The position numbers and the translations under genes were made by a program. A DNA stretch of 64,000 nucleotides from Octopus sinensis (lineage: Eukaryota), in contig NC_042999.1 of the NCBI RefSeq assembly GCF_006345805.1, positions 47,058,001 to 47,122,000 on the forward strand, in the 5' to 3' direction. The notes under the pieces were generated by a model, which saw only the letters and a list, made by a program, of their open reading frames with translations, did not search any database and had not been told where the DNA came from. Below, one piece after another: positions 14,130 to 27,884 of this stretch; the first letter of the stretch is position 1, and the number at the start of each line of letters is the position of its first letter.

Positions 14130-14297
14130 TTATGGCTATACTGATGATCCGATGTGGTTGTTATAGCGATATTCATTGTAGTAGTCATGATTGTGGATAT
14201 TGTGATGATGGATATATAGCCGCCGTCTGTAATGGTGATGGTTTGAAGAACATGAAACACTTTCCTTCTCATTTTTCTCTATCGTTTCTTTTCCTTT

Positions 14298-14330
<33 letters not shown>

Positions 14331-14560
14331 GTCATCATTATCATTATCCTTGCTGCTGTTGTTATCCTCGTACTCCTCCTTCTCGTCATCATCCCCATCG
14401 CCGATATCGTCGTTACCTTCATCGTAATCATCATCACCACCACCACAAACATCATCATCGTCATCATCATAATGATTGCCAATATTCTTTGCTGTATTAC
14501 TTCTTATCACATCGACCCACATTTCCGCTCTTCCTTACCGGACACAACAACATCAATATC
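14130..14560. repeat. Degenerate (CAT)n low-complexity tract
   Basis: Pure (CAT)n core near 14298-14330 with decaying trinucleotide flanks. Confidence 0.85.
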
Positions 14561-15700
14561 AAATTTATGCTTGGAATTATGCGTTTTTTTAGATTCTTAA
14601 TGGCTGTCGATGACGCCCACATTTTTTAAAGCCTTCCCTTTACTTTTTCTTGAAATGATTCGCTTTTATTCTTTTCCATGTTTCAGTGTTTGGACTGTCA
14701 TTGTTGACTCAATGCTTTCAGGGAATTTAGTCGATTATATCGAACAGATTGCTTTGCCTCGTAGAAATTTTATTGATATCTATTTTCCAAAAGGTTTGCT
14801 TTATTTCGGCATAAAGGGATAAATCTTGCATGAAAATATGCAGCACAATGCATTTTGTTCTACGTGCTGATATAAGAAAATACGTATAAGCATTCAAGAA
14901 AGAAATATTTATGCAGTAAAATGACTTGCAAGAAATTGTTGCCATATCTTCAAATATTACCCTACCTTCTTAAAAAGCACTCAACATATCACATAATTTA
15001 CTCCCGAGAATAAACATTTCGTAAAAGAAGGGTAATTATTCAGAGTTCAAATGAAAATTGAGGACAAGTATTGTCTACAAATTTGAACGTCATCAGAGAA
15101 CGACGCACCGAAATCTGTGAATATGTATGATATTATAAAACCCCAATGAAAGTTATCATTAAAGTATTGTTTCGCTAAATGCACATAGCATATAAGGAAA
15201 AACTAAAAATTAAAAAAAACAAAACCTTCCACACAAATATAGACCATTATGAAGTTCTAGATTAACTATTATGCAAATTAAGCACGTTTTTAGGGCATCA
15301 AAGGAAGCAGGGCACCACAGAAATGGTAAAAAGTTTACAGCACAAAATAACTCATTTTAAACTTGTTCAAATAACATTCGAATTGCTTTATATGAGCAGA
15401 AATATAACTTCGAAGTGTTCACTGTATCACAGTGAAGATCTGATCACAGACTTGGGAATTTCAAAATGCAGGAGAAAACTATCAAATAGAAATAAAATAG
15501 AAATAAAATGAAAACATACAATAGAAAAAAATTCATCTTACTGCTAGTTTTGCTTCATTTTAAAAGATAAGTGAAATAAGAATATTTTTTATGAGTTGTT
15601 ATTTTTTACATTTTGATTTATATATATACAGAGGGCACTAAAATCTTTTAATAGCTAAGTGCCTCTATGTGTCTTAATCCAGCCTTTCCATTATATAAGC

Positions 15701-16990
15701 CAGGGGTCACCAAAATTTATTCACAGCGGGCCAGATAATTGAGAGAATGACGACTGCCGGCGGCAGAACCATTTTATTCAATAAAAAAAAGTGAATACAA
15801 GAAAATAAAGACAACCAACATATTTATTTACCAAAAAGTTATAAAAGAACATGACGTTAGCAGTAAGATAGTTATATGATACCAAAAGTGCGCACACATC
15901 CGTATCTCACAAACTAAGCAAGAAGAAAGGTTAATGAGATTTGTGAAACTAGTGTTTAGCTTTTTTTAAGATATCAGTATTTGCTTTGGAATTGCTGCAT
16001 CCAGCCAAGAGAATTGCTTTCAAATGTTCATCTGTTAACATCGTTCGATGTGCTGACTTCACATACTTTACTTTTGAAAATACTTCATTTTGCTCACAGA
16101 CACAAGTTGTTCCAAGCACTGATGCTATCTATCTATCTATCCGCTCAGTCGAAGTCGACTCTCGGTTACTCGTTGGATCAGCGTCCTCCAGAGTTTCTAT
16201 GCTGGGCCGCTTCTTTCAGACTGGATATGTCCATTCCGGTATCACTCTTGATGGTGTCAAGCCAGCGGGTTCTTGGTCGGCCTCTTCCTCTCTTGCCACT
16301 GTCCATTCCGACCATGATGTCCGTCTCCAGGGATTTTCTCCGCATAATATGACCATACCATACTGATGCCATACCAGAGGTAAATTTCTTCAACTTTGAA
16401 TATTCATCATCAGGTTAGTAGCGATAGAATTCTACAAGCTTTACCCTTCTGTGCTTTTCTATCAACAAGGCATTTGCTTGTAAATCAAAAATCACCAACC
16501 GTATTTTTAAATGGCACGGCATCGAGGTTAAAATCATACGGATTTTGGAACAGATAAATGTCACTCTCAATACAGTGGAAATCTGAAAAAAAAACGCTGT
16601 TAAAGTCACGAATAACCTTCCTCGGAAACTCGAGGTTCACAACTTTTGCGATTCAGCGCGAAAGTTTTTGAGACACTGAAAATGAGAGAAGTTTCAACCT
16701 TCCCTTTGTGCTTCAAGCAACGATCGCTTTCTCGGAAATCCTTTGTTGAGTCTGTAGAGATCACAGATAAGGTCATCCTTTCCTTGAAGTTTGAAGTTCA
16801 ATTCATTTATGCGGGATATGATGTCAAACAAAACTAACAACTTTGTCAACCAGGTAGGATCTGACAGAAGTTGGTCAGCTGTATCTTTTTCGGTGATAAA
16901 AATATCTATTTCTCTTTGGAGCTTATAAAAACGAACGAGGACTTTAGCGTAGCCCACCCAATTCCCTGCTCAGTGAAACAGAAAACCAAA
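15701..16990 (-). mobile_element. hAT (Buster/SPIN, GTF2IRD2-like) transposon remnant, 3' half with terminal sequence
   Basis: Minus-strand peptides KVLVRFYKL..EI..F..SDPTWL..L..L.DI..RINELNFKLQGKD, DLQ...L.EKH..V.LVEFY and ASVLGTTCVCEQ..FSKVKYVKS..R..LTDEHL (hATC dimerisation domain); end caggggtcaccaaa at 15701. Confidence 0.85.
16126..16361 (-). mobile_element. 5'-truncated RTE-clade LINE inserted in the hAT remnant
   Basis: WYGHIMRR...GKRGRGRPRTRWLDTIK, (GATA)n tail at about 16126-16141, and ACTGATGC duplicated at 16118-16125 and 16362-16369. Confidence 0.85.
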
Positions 16991-17209
16991 ACTTTCAAAG
17001 ACAAACATTGCAGAGCGATTAGAGTGGAGTAAAAACCTACATAATGTGTGTGTTCGTGTGTGTGTGCGAAAGGAGACGTTCTTCCGGGATGTAGAAAGAA
17101 GTAAAGTGAAACGTATGATAAAGTGAAGTACTGAAAGTATGATGAAGAGTTAAATCAGTGGTTCCCGCTGAGTCCCTGGGCATTCTTTTCGCACCCCTTC
17201 ACTCAATAC

Positions 17210-17545
17210 CAACATCTTTGACCAGGACTTATTCTTTGTAAGCCTGGTACTTTTTCTATTGGTCTCTTTTGCGAAACTGCTTAGTTACGAGGATGCGAAC
17301 ACATCAACATCGATTGTTATGCGATGGTGGGAGATGACAAACACAGACAAACAAACACACATCACACAAAACACACAAAACACACGACCGGTCTTTTTTT
17401 CAGTTTCTGTCGACCATATCCACTCACAAGGCTTTGGACGGCCCGAAGCTATAGTAGAAGACATATGCCCAAGGTGCCACGCAGTGGAACGGAACCCGGA
17501 ACTATGCGGTTGGGAAGCAAGCTTCTTACCACACAGCCACACACT
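17210..17545 (-). mobile_element. SINE family S2 (bipartite: head, microsatellite linker, tail)
   Basis: Matches the copy at 47483-47880 (gtggctgtgtggtaag...gttccgggttc...gtggcaccttgggca...). Confidence 0.85.
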
Positions 17546-18609
17546 CATTAGTGATGTCAATTGCATCCGCGTTACAGATAGCATGGTATTTAGAGTTCAA
17601 ATTCCGCCGAGGTCGACTTTGCCTTTCATCGGTTTCACATCTCGCTATGTTGCATTTGCAACATCGTGAAATAGGTTCTTTTGTTAATGACTTAGGTGCA
17701 GAAACAAGTCAGAAATATTGGTACAAAATATATTTACTTTCTCCTTGAAGAAAATATCACACGCCTGGAACGAAAGATTAAGGCAGACCTGTATAAGTTC
17801 CTTGATTTTCTCAAAAATCGGCTAAACTGGAATAGGGTTTCCATATTTTGGATGAGAAAAAAGAACTGGTGATATACTCTACATGGCTTTCTCAACAGTA
17901 TAAAGATTGAAAACAACGCGAATAGATCATGAATTGGGACCATATTACTTCCCCAATACTCAGCTTATATTTTGCTTTACGTCAACAACAGAGAATGAGT
18001 TTATATACTATATGTATTTCCTGAATTGAAAGCAGTTATGAATGCTGTATTGGTCTGCTTTCTGTGATAAGTAGCAAAATATGTCTCGTAACTCTTAGTT
18101 GGTGCACTAGAATCCACTTTATTATGACAGTAATGATTAGTGTTGAATGAAGTATTACTTAGGTCAACTACCTCATAGCCAGAGTTCATTTTCAAATGTC
18201 AGTTATCTATAAAAATGTTCTGAAAATACACAATCCATCATTACATTGTGTTGCTTTTTTTCTTCCTTCTATGATGTGTTGCGCCTAATAATAGTTTATA
18301 AAAAGAAATTCCTCAACACAAGCGTTTTACAATGTAGAAGGATGCAGTTTGTTATATTTAAAGGTTGTTTCACTATAAATCATTTTCTTTTGTATTTAAA
18401 AAGTTTATTCATGACAAGGTATAATAGAGAGAAGTGTTCTATATATTTTATTCATAACAAAAGACTCAGAACGTGTCTCCTTTTTTCCAAGCTATGTAAA
18501 AATAAGATGTGAAAAGAAGAAAACAAAGACAAAAACAGAAAGTAAAAGCATAATGTTTGTAAACCAGTCAATGCTAATTAACACATTGGGAACTATCTCT
18601 TGCTTTTTA

Positions 18610-19889
18610 TCATGTCAGCCAATACGTTTTGTCCGATTTTACCTTTTTAAAATTGAATGAAATTTAATAGTATTTTAGAATGTCTAATGGAATCAAAACT
18701 TATTTTATGCATTTGTGTACATTTAAACAAATTAAATATTATTTTACAGAATAATAGAATTAAAATTTCTTTGATAAAAACACTTCTAACATTGAAGAAT
18801 CCAAAGAGCATTTGAGGCACATAATGGTTTATGAGTACAAAAAATGGAACTCTGCAGCCGAAGCGACTCGAAACATACACTCAATTTATGGGAAAGAATG
18901 ATTGAATGAAAGAATTGCAGAATTTGATTTGCAAAATTCAGAAGTGGAAATTTCAGCCTTGAAGATTAAGATCGAACAGGACGTCTAGTTGAGGCTGATG
19001 ATAAACTCCATGAGGCATTACTTGAAGAAAATCCTGCATTATCGATTGAAGAATTGGCAATAAAGCTTAGTTCAAACCAGGCAACTGTTCATCGCCATCT
19101 TCAACAACTTGGAAAGGTTCCTAAACTTGGAAAATGTGTGCCTCATGAATTGTCCGAAAGCAACCGGTAATCCCGAGTTGACATCTGCTCTCCTCTCCAT
19201 TCCCGCCAACTCATTTCACCCATTTTGGATATACTTGTGACTGTTGACGAAAAATGGATCTTCTATCGAAATGTTAATCGTCGTAAACATTGGCTTGGTA
19301 AAAGGGAAAAAGCCCAACAACAACCGAGAATGGAACTTCATGGGAAGAAGTTTCTTTTCTCCATCTGGTGGGATTGCAAAGGAGTAATTCTCTTTAAATT
19401 GTAACCACCTAATGCAACAATCAATGCTGAAGTCTACTGTAAGCAATTAGGGTGTTTGAACCAAGATCTGAAGAAAACAAAAACGCTTTAGTGAATCGAA
19501 AAGGAATGATGTTTCATCAGGACATTGCGTGACCGCACACTGCCAACATCACATCACAGAAGATCGCAGAATTTAGTTAGAAAAAATTCCTCATCCATCT
19601 TATTCTCCCGACCTTGCTCCTTCAGACTACCATTTGCTTCGTAGTTTACAGAATCATTTGCGGGATATGACTTTAGCAAGCCACGAGGAAGTCGAAATTA
19701 ACATTTCAGTGTTCTTCGCTTAGAAACCAAAAGAGTTTTACATTGATGGGATTAAAAGGCTTGTAAATAGATGGAAGGAAGCCATAGATAATCAGGAAGG
19801 GTACATTGATGATTAAATTTCAATTAAATATAAGATTTGATCACTTGTTTTTTATTCAAAATACGGTCAGAAATTATGTGATGACCTGA
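18610..19889 (+). mobile_element. Full-length decayed mariner (DD34D) element
   Basis: About 1.28 kb between degenerate TIRs with TA ends; motifs (W/C)VPHEL, VTVDEKWIFY, FHQD.A.PH and HPSYSPDLAPSDYHL; many stops and frameshifts. Confidence 0.9.
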
Positions 19890-19923
19890 TACATTGAGAA
19901 AAGTTAGAGTATTAAGGCAAGAG

Positions 19924-20322
19924 TATTCTTTTCTACTCAAGGAACAAGGCCCAACATTTGGGGGTAGGGGGTCAATCGATTAGATAGACCGCAGTACGCA
20001 AATGGTAATTAATTTTTCGACCCGAAAGGATGAAAGACAAATCGACCTCGGCGGAATTTGAACTCAGAACATAAAGACCGACGAAATACCTATTTCGTTA
20101 CTACCAACAAGGGGCTAGACACAGAGGGGACAAAGAAGGACAAACAAACGGATTAAGTCGATTATATCGACCCCAGTGTGTTTCTGGTACTTAATTTATC
20201 GACCTCGAAAGGATGAAAGGCAAAGTCTACTTCGGCGGAATTTGAACTCAGAACGTAACGCAGACGAAATGCGGCTACGCATTTCGCCCTGCCTGCTAAC
20301 ATTTCTGCCAGCTCGCCGCCTT
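19924..20322 (-). mobile_element. Head-to-tail dimer of SINE family S1
   Basis: Two cores plus the same linker and junction as the second and third units at 10384-10960. Confidence 0.85.
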
Positions 20323-20994
20323 ATGTATACAAAATATTACAACTCAAGTGTGAAGGAGTCAAATCTTTCTATTCAGATTGTGCTAAATTATCATAAACTA
20401 GACATATCACTTCAATACTTTTATAGAGATGATAGAATTAGGACAATATTTTAACGAAAATACCAAAATTTAATTCGAACGAGAAGGAAATCAATATCTT
20501 CGAAATTTGCATCCCTGGTAGTATTGGACAAACGCTAGGTTGTGAAATGTATCTTATACTATTGATCATATGATTGAGATAAGCTTATTAAAATGGCCAC
20601 TTGGCTAAAATTAACTTTTACGAACACGTTTTATGAACAAATCTCCCGGCTGATGATACAGATATATTTCCAGATTCACAATTTAGAAATGAACTAAAAC
20701 ATGACAGAAACTATTTGAGAATTGCCTTAAGTATGAAACAACAGATATACTACAATTCCCTGAAATGTAATTTCTGGTACCACTTTTTCAATATATATGA
20801 AGTATCTATCTAACTTGCTACCGACTCATAACACAATGTAGAAGTATGGATGTAGAATAATACATAGATATCTACGTATTACTAACAAACTTTGAGAAAT
20901 GAAAAGATGCGAAACTCTCTAAAACTTAAGTTCACGTATCCTTCCCAGATAGCTAAGGATAAGCCAATCACTCAATTTGTAAGTAAAATATATG

Positions 20995-21440
<446 letters not shown>

Positions 21441-21451
21441 TCGCTCTGTAT

Positions 21452-21507
<56 letters not shown>

Positions 21508-21726
21508 ATATATACACATACATATTTAGGTTAGTTGGAATATGGCACCTCTTTCAGCTGCTAAAGGCAAATACACTGCAGTTAAGGTGGAAAAAAGAAT
21601 ATTTCTTATGGTAAAATGATGTGAAAACACCCAGTTTGTTCAGTTTCGCCCTCTCTCAGGAATCTCCAAAATGTGATTATACGTAAACACTGCTTAACGC
21701 CGTTACTCCGATATATATATATATAT

Positions 21727-21865
21727 GATCTCTTGAGTACCACCAGCAAAAATATTTCTTTCCTCTGTCTTCCCTTCTCGGGATCTTTCCTTCTCCTTTG
21801 TTTCCGACGAAGAGCTCCGCTCGAAACGTTAGACCCTCCTTCCCTTCTTTCCTGAGCGTCAAATA
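21727..21865 (+). mobile_element. Hammerhead family A copy 2, (TA)n-flanked; core U4C at 21800-21834
   Basis: GUUU CCGACGA A GAGC-UCC-GCUC GAAAC GUU AGAC, then ttcctgagcgtc. Confidence 0.65.
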
Positions 21866-21962
21866 ATATATATATATTCAGTCTGCACTAAACAGAACGG
21901 GGAGATACATGGGACAAAGAATCGCTGAAGAGATGGAAGAATGTGCGACGCAAGAGCTTAGA

Positions 21963-22007
<45 letters not shown>

Positions 22008-22658
22008 TCACAATATATTCACTGGGTAATTTGCAAAAACCTGGATTTGCCCCATGACAAAAACTGGTGGGAACACAATCCACCTCCTGTGCTTGAAAAT
22101 GACCACATCTCACTCCTCTGGAACTTCACCATTCAAACTGACAGGAAGATAGACAGACATTATATTGAAAGAATTCAGACAAAGAACATGCCTCCTCATT
22201 GATATGACTGTCCCAATCGATATAAACGTATCTGTCAAGACCTACCAAAAACTGAGCAAATATAAAGATCTTGAAATAGCAATCAGCAAAATGTGGAAGC
22301 TGAAGACTAAAACAATACCTGTTGTCATAGGTGCCCTGGGAATGATAGCGAAAGGGACTGATTGCTACCTAATTCAGATACCAGGAAACCCCAAAATGGC
22401 AGAAATTCAAAAGATAGTGCTCATGGGAACTGCTCATATCCTACGCAAAATACTCTCTATGTAATCCCAAGGTTTAAAACAAACTTTTTTTTTTATTTAT
22501 TTATTTTTTTTTATGTATTAGACATTCACTAGTACAACACCAAAAAAAAAAAAGAAACCCCAAATATATGGCACAGAACTTCCAACCTGTTGTCTCTTGA
22601 GGTTTCTGGGTGAGACTTGGAGCCAACTTGTACAGACATAAAGCAAAAGTCAAACATA

Positions 22659-22659
<1 letters not shown>
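22008..22659 (+). mobile_element. 5'-truncated Dong/R4-like RLE LINE embedded in (AAT)n
   Basis: HWVICK..WWEH.P..VLEND..SLLWNFTIQTDRKI, then LLIDMTVP.D.NV..K..QKLSKYKDL and IPVVIGALG, plus a 3' UTR; (AAT)15 at 21963-22007 and (AAT)n from 22660. Confidence 0.9.
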
Positions 22660-22713
<54 letters not shown>

Positions 22714-22867
22714 TAATAATAAAAACAACAATAACAATAAAACTGAAGAGAATACCACATATATAGACCGTGTGTATATTATGAAAAATATGACCATCCC
22801 CAAATATAATATCTATTTCAACACAGATTTTCACATCAGGAATCTTGCAGAACAGATACTAAGGGAG

Positions 22868-22898
<31 letters not shown>

Positions 22899-23685
22899 GT
22901 ATTTATATATGTGTGTATGTATGCAGATACCTATATACTCACGTCAATCAGCTTCTCTATCACGTTTTCACAATATCTCTTTATCCGGTCCAAATTTGTC
23001 GTTTGCTTTCTTGTGTTGGTTAAGAAGCGTTATGACCGAAGATAAGTAGAGTTGGGTCAATCTCTGGTAGAAGTCGCCGAATTTCATCTTGCACGTATGT
23101 GGATGCTTCACGCGTGTGCTTGTGTGTTTGGCTAGGTATGCCAGTTTGTCTACTTGTCTTTTCTTTACGTGTACTTGCGTTGTGTGTGTGTTTCTGTGTG
23201 GGGGTTTGTATGTGTGAGTACGCCGTGTGTTTATGATGCAACATCTAATGCAGTGAAGATTGCGTTTCGTCAGGGCTGTCGCAGTTCGTTAGGTTAGCGT
23301 TGCATTCGCCTCAAATCACCTCAAAGCATCTCTTCTTAGACTGAGTTTATAACTTAATATCACAAAACACTAGGGCACGTGTACAGACAATATGCTTTAC
23401 TTCAAATCAGTGTACGTCTTCTTATGGAAGATAAGGCACATAGCCGTTGAAATTACACTACGATTTTACACTTTAACCTACCATGCAATTTTGTCATCAC
23501 ACCTAGAATTAATGATTATAAGATTGCAGTCAGTATACATATGAAAGTCTTTGCGTATTCTCTTTATGATCTTCTAGAGTTAATAACGAAAGTAGTAATT
23601 TTCGAAGCTTCACATTTTCGCTTATATCAGAAAACCTAGTGTTGTCCATCATAGGTGAACGTGAGTGTATGTGTGTGCGCATGCG

Positions 23686-23778
<93 letters not shown>

Positions 23779-23865
23779 TCTATCTATCTATCTATATATC
23801 TATCTGTCTATCTATCTATCTATCTATTTATTTATCTATCATATATCTAGACTTATGTCTCCCTC

Positions 23866-23939
<74 letters not shown>

Positions 23940-23940
23940 G
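23686..23940. repeat. (TATC)n plus (TA)n microsatellite
   Basis: Direct reading. Confidence 0.95.
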
Positions 23941-25938
23941 AATAAGAAATAGCAAACCCTTGGGGCAGTAATATGTATTTGAAAAAAATGAATAGAAATA
24001 GCTTTTGTGATGAGTTTCCCCTTTTAATTATTAGATGTTTACATGAATGATCAGAAAAAGACATTTCCATTCACTTTTTTTTCACTACACACACACTCAT
24101 ACAGACACACACAAACAAACGCACAAACGCGCGCGCGCATACATATATTTAATTTGCATATGTATTACTAATTTTGAATCAGTTCCAATAATATGATTTC
24201 ATCCGAATGAAGTTCAATGCCTGTAAGATCTTTCCTTTGCAAATACTGTACACATAATATAAATATTAAGCAATGAGATTAAGTGCAACTTTTCCTGAAT
24301 TATATTGACATTTGCATAGAGAAACAAAATTCAGCAGTACGAAACAAGCATACATTCATAAACACTTCTGTACATACATAAATTTTGAAATAAACTGAAC
24401 AATGACATACATACATAAATATATTTATAGTCACAAAATATAAAGTTTTAAATAGCGTTTACTTTATAGGAATCGAAAAGTAAATTAAGTATAAAGTTGC
24501 AAAGGGAAGTGCTCAAGAAAAAGCCGAGGCAAAAGACAAATTTAGTGGATAAAAAATAAAGGGCATAATTGTTTATAGCACTTCAAATCATCCCCATATA
24601 TACATATCATAGAATATAAGTACATACTTAAATACCAAAGCCATAATAACAAAGGATTACCAGAACGGGAAACCTCTCTGATGAAGATATATTTCTGCCC
24701 TGATGAAGGAGCCACTACGGATTCGAAGATTATAATGGACACAGGTTCGTGTGTCATATAGCTAGCTAGATGCGATGGCCTCTTGGAGCTAATCAACGGC
24801 AGCTTTCGTCCTATATTTATGGACTGCCATATTAGCGTGGCGATAACTTAATATCCAGTACCGCTGTCGTAGTCTCCTTTAGGGACATTTAGAAATAATA
24901 ATATATCTATTAATCTACAGTGTATCGTTAATATTCTTTTAGGTAGGCTCTCTCTTTCTCAATATGCATTAGCAAGCTTGTATTTCATTGCATACGCAGT
25001 TGTCAAAACAACGTAATTAGGAGGAATGTATTTTCGTTTAGATCTGTCCTAAATGTAGATCCTTACATAATTCGACGACCAGTTACGTATAAAATACCAA
25101 TTTCTCAAGCATAAGTAAAGATAATGTGCAAAAAGTCTGGAATGCAATTGTGTTTACAGGCTAATCACACGTCTTCAATATACACAAGTCCATGTTGCAT
25201 TAAACATATGAAGTACAATGAAATATTGAAATTGAATTATATTATTATACATTATGTAGCAAGCTATTTCATCATCACACCTATTATTTAAGACTACACA
25301 TTTATTGCTTGAATACATATTTAAAACTATTTGAAATCTATTCCATTTGAAATGATGACTATAGTTGTAAATCTGACTCTTTTACATTGCTGCTTACATC
25401 AGGAACTAAACCACTGTCCAAATAATGACACGTCAGATTATATGCAAGCAATTTTAAATTATTTCCAATAGATATGATCTCTTACAAATAAAGATTAATG
25501 CTTTTAGTGTCCTTGATTTACAATTGTTTTTCACGCATACCTCTGTTCTTGCAGAATTTGAAATGGAAATCTAACGTTACATAAGTAACAACTACCTATT
25601 GTAATGTTTGCTAGCCAATATTGTAATGTTTTATTATTCCAAAGAACGGAAGTATGTCCAATATGTTTTATCATTAGATCAACGGACAATTATACCAACG
25701 GGTTATTTTTCTACTACTCTTATGTACTGAGCTCAAATTCTTTCCGTGGTCAACATTGATTTCCTCCATACGAGGTGAAAAAAGATAACGTGACAGTTAT
25801 GCACGGGCTCGCTGTAATAAGCAACCCCTCTCTGGCAACTTATATTGTTCCTTATTTGAAACAAATATAAAGGAGATGGATGAAAAAATTCGGGAGAACG
25901 ACAGCCAAAATATGTTAATTTAACACCCATTTTATTTA

Positions 25939-26497
25939 TTGGATTGTCCGGAAAGTTCGTGCCGATTTATAGTAGCTTACATTTCGACTTATTTTAAAAC
26001 AGCATTCAGTTCATAAAATAGGATTTAACTACACCTCCATTTAGAGCACAGTTAAAACTATATTTTCGTTGAAGAATGTTTATGTTCCTATAACCTGTAT
26101 TAATTTTGTAACCCTTTAAAATGGAAGATAGTTTCGGCACTTGATGCTTTGGAAACTAGAAAAATAAATTGCTGTTGCTGGGCTGAGATGTGCTACCCCA
26201 CCCTCCATATTCACCAGATATTTCTCCTTCGGATTTCAACTTATTCAGGTCTCTGCAGAATAGTCTTAATGGGAAAAATTTCAATTCCTTGCATGACGTA
26301 AAAAGATACCCTGATGAATTCTTTGCCATGAAGCCGGCTCAGTTCTGGGAAGAGGCTATTTTCAAGTTAAAGGAAACATGGAGATGCATTTTGCAACAAA
26401 ATGGTTCATATTTGGTTGATTAAAAATGTAATGGTAAGTATTTATTGACCTTTTTTCTTCCCTTTAAAAATTGGCGCGAACTTTCCGGACAACCCAA
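25939..26497 (+). mobile_element. 559-bp internally deleted mariner (non-autonomous)
   Basis: TA-flanked ~30-bp TIRs (ttggattgtccggaaagttcgtgccg / ttgggttgtccggaaagttcgcgcca); keeps only the C-terminus HPPYSPDISPSDFNLFRSLQN. Confidence 0.92.
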
Positions 26498-26639
26498 TAC
26501 TTAATTCGAATCATATTGTGGTCATTTTGTCTACATTATTTTAGAGTTCTACAAAAAAACCCAGCAACATACTATTATTGGCATAATACACTGTTTTCTC
26601 ACAGGAAATTTATCATTTTATGCAGGAATTAGAAATATT

Positions 26640-26798
26640 CATTTCGAATTTTGCTACAAATTTAGCAATTTCTGGGTAGGGCGTAAGTCGATTACATCGG
26701 CCCTAGTATGCAACTGATACTTATTTTATCGACCACAAAATGATGGATGGCAAAGTCAACCTCGGCAGAATTTGAACACACAAAGCAACGACGGACAA
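26640..26798 (-). mobile_element. Partial S1 SINE abutting a hammerhead element
   Basis: ttatcgacc...ggcaaagtcaacctcggcagaatttgaac core. Confidence 0.7.
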
Positions 26799-26831
26799 AA
26801 TGCCCCTCAGGAACGAAGGGACGAAAGAGGG

Positions 26832-26866
26832 TTTAACGTTTCGAGCAGAGCTCTTCGTCAGAAACA
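26832..26866 (-). ncRNA. Minimal type I hammerhead ribozyme motif, family A copy 3, core intact (element about 26800-26940)
   Basis: GUUU CUGACGA A GAGC-UCU-GCUC GAAAC GUU AAAC: stem I GUUU/AAAC, stem II 4 bp, palindromic ACGU stem III, one extra A after A9. Confidence 0.72.
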
Positions 26867-26972
26867 TAGGAAAAGGAAAGATCCAGAGAAGGGAAGACGG
26901 AGGGGAAAATCGCCAACGGTACACGCGCGGTCACATTTTGAATGGGAAATACTTTTACATATCAGCATTTTA

Positions 26973-27042
<70 letters not shown>

Positions 27043-27884
27043 CACGTAAAATGCTAATATTTAAAAGTATTCCCATCTCCCTCTCTCCCCATAGATACAC
27101 ACATACGCATACATACACACACAGTCACGCAGACATATATAGGCGTATACGAACAATTTTTTAAAAAGTGTTTTCGTTCACAATTTCTGTTCGCACTCTT
27201 TGTAATCTATGCTCTCTCGTAAGTAAAAATTAATTACATCTCTCGTAGTAGCAACACATTTTATAAGGTTCACGAGAACATTTAACTCAATATAACGAGG
27301 CCAATGAATTGTAGTGGATAGGATGACATTTACTTTAAATATATAACAAATAATGATAATAATTCATGTCACTAGGGTCTGCATGCATTACAAGCACTTC
27401 TGGAGATAAATGTATGTTCTGTATGTGTTGAAATATTACCTCGTTATAAAATATATTTCAGCGTCTGCAAATTAATGATTATTACCACCTAATTGCATAG
27501 ATATTCGATAAACATAGTTTTTTAAAAAATATTTCTATCTACGAAAATACGGGATTCGTTTATATAGATCTAAATGTTACTTATGGAATGTATTTTGACT
27601 TAAATCTTTTTAATTCATCAACTCTGTGAACCAATTAATTTACCTCTGAGCAAGTTATGTAATGAAGTAATACATAATTTTAAAATGTTTTCATTATATG
27701 TAGGCCCATTTCAAAATCAAATTAACGAATTCTGTTTAACTGGTTCTAATACAATGCGTGATGTTACATTGAGTAATGGTTCTTGCTTTCGAATATTTCA
27801 TTTCTTATATCCATATAACTACCGAAATATCCACGGACACACACACACATACACTGATACATATAGGTGTGCATGTGTGTGTAT

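Noticed and set aside
14132-14629. His-rich and Asp-rich ORFs
   Set aside because: Translations of a (CAT)n tract on both strands.
24678-24745. Two CTGATGA cores in tandem
   Set aside because: Followed by GAAG rather than GAAA, with weak stem II and no convincing stem I; at most a dead remnant.
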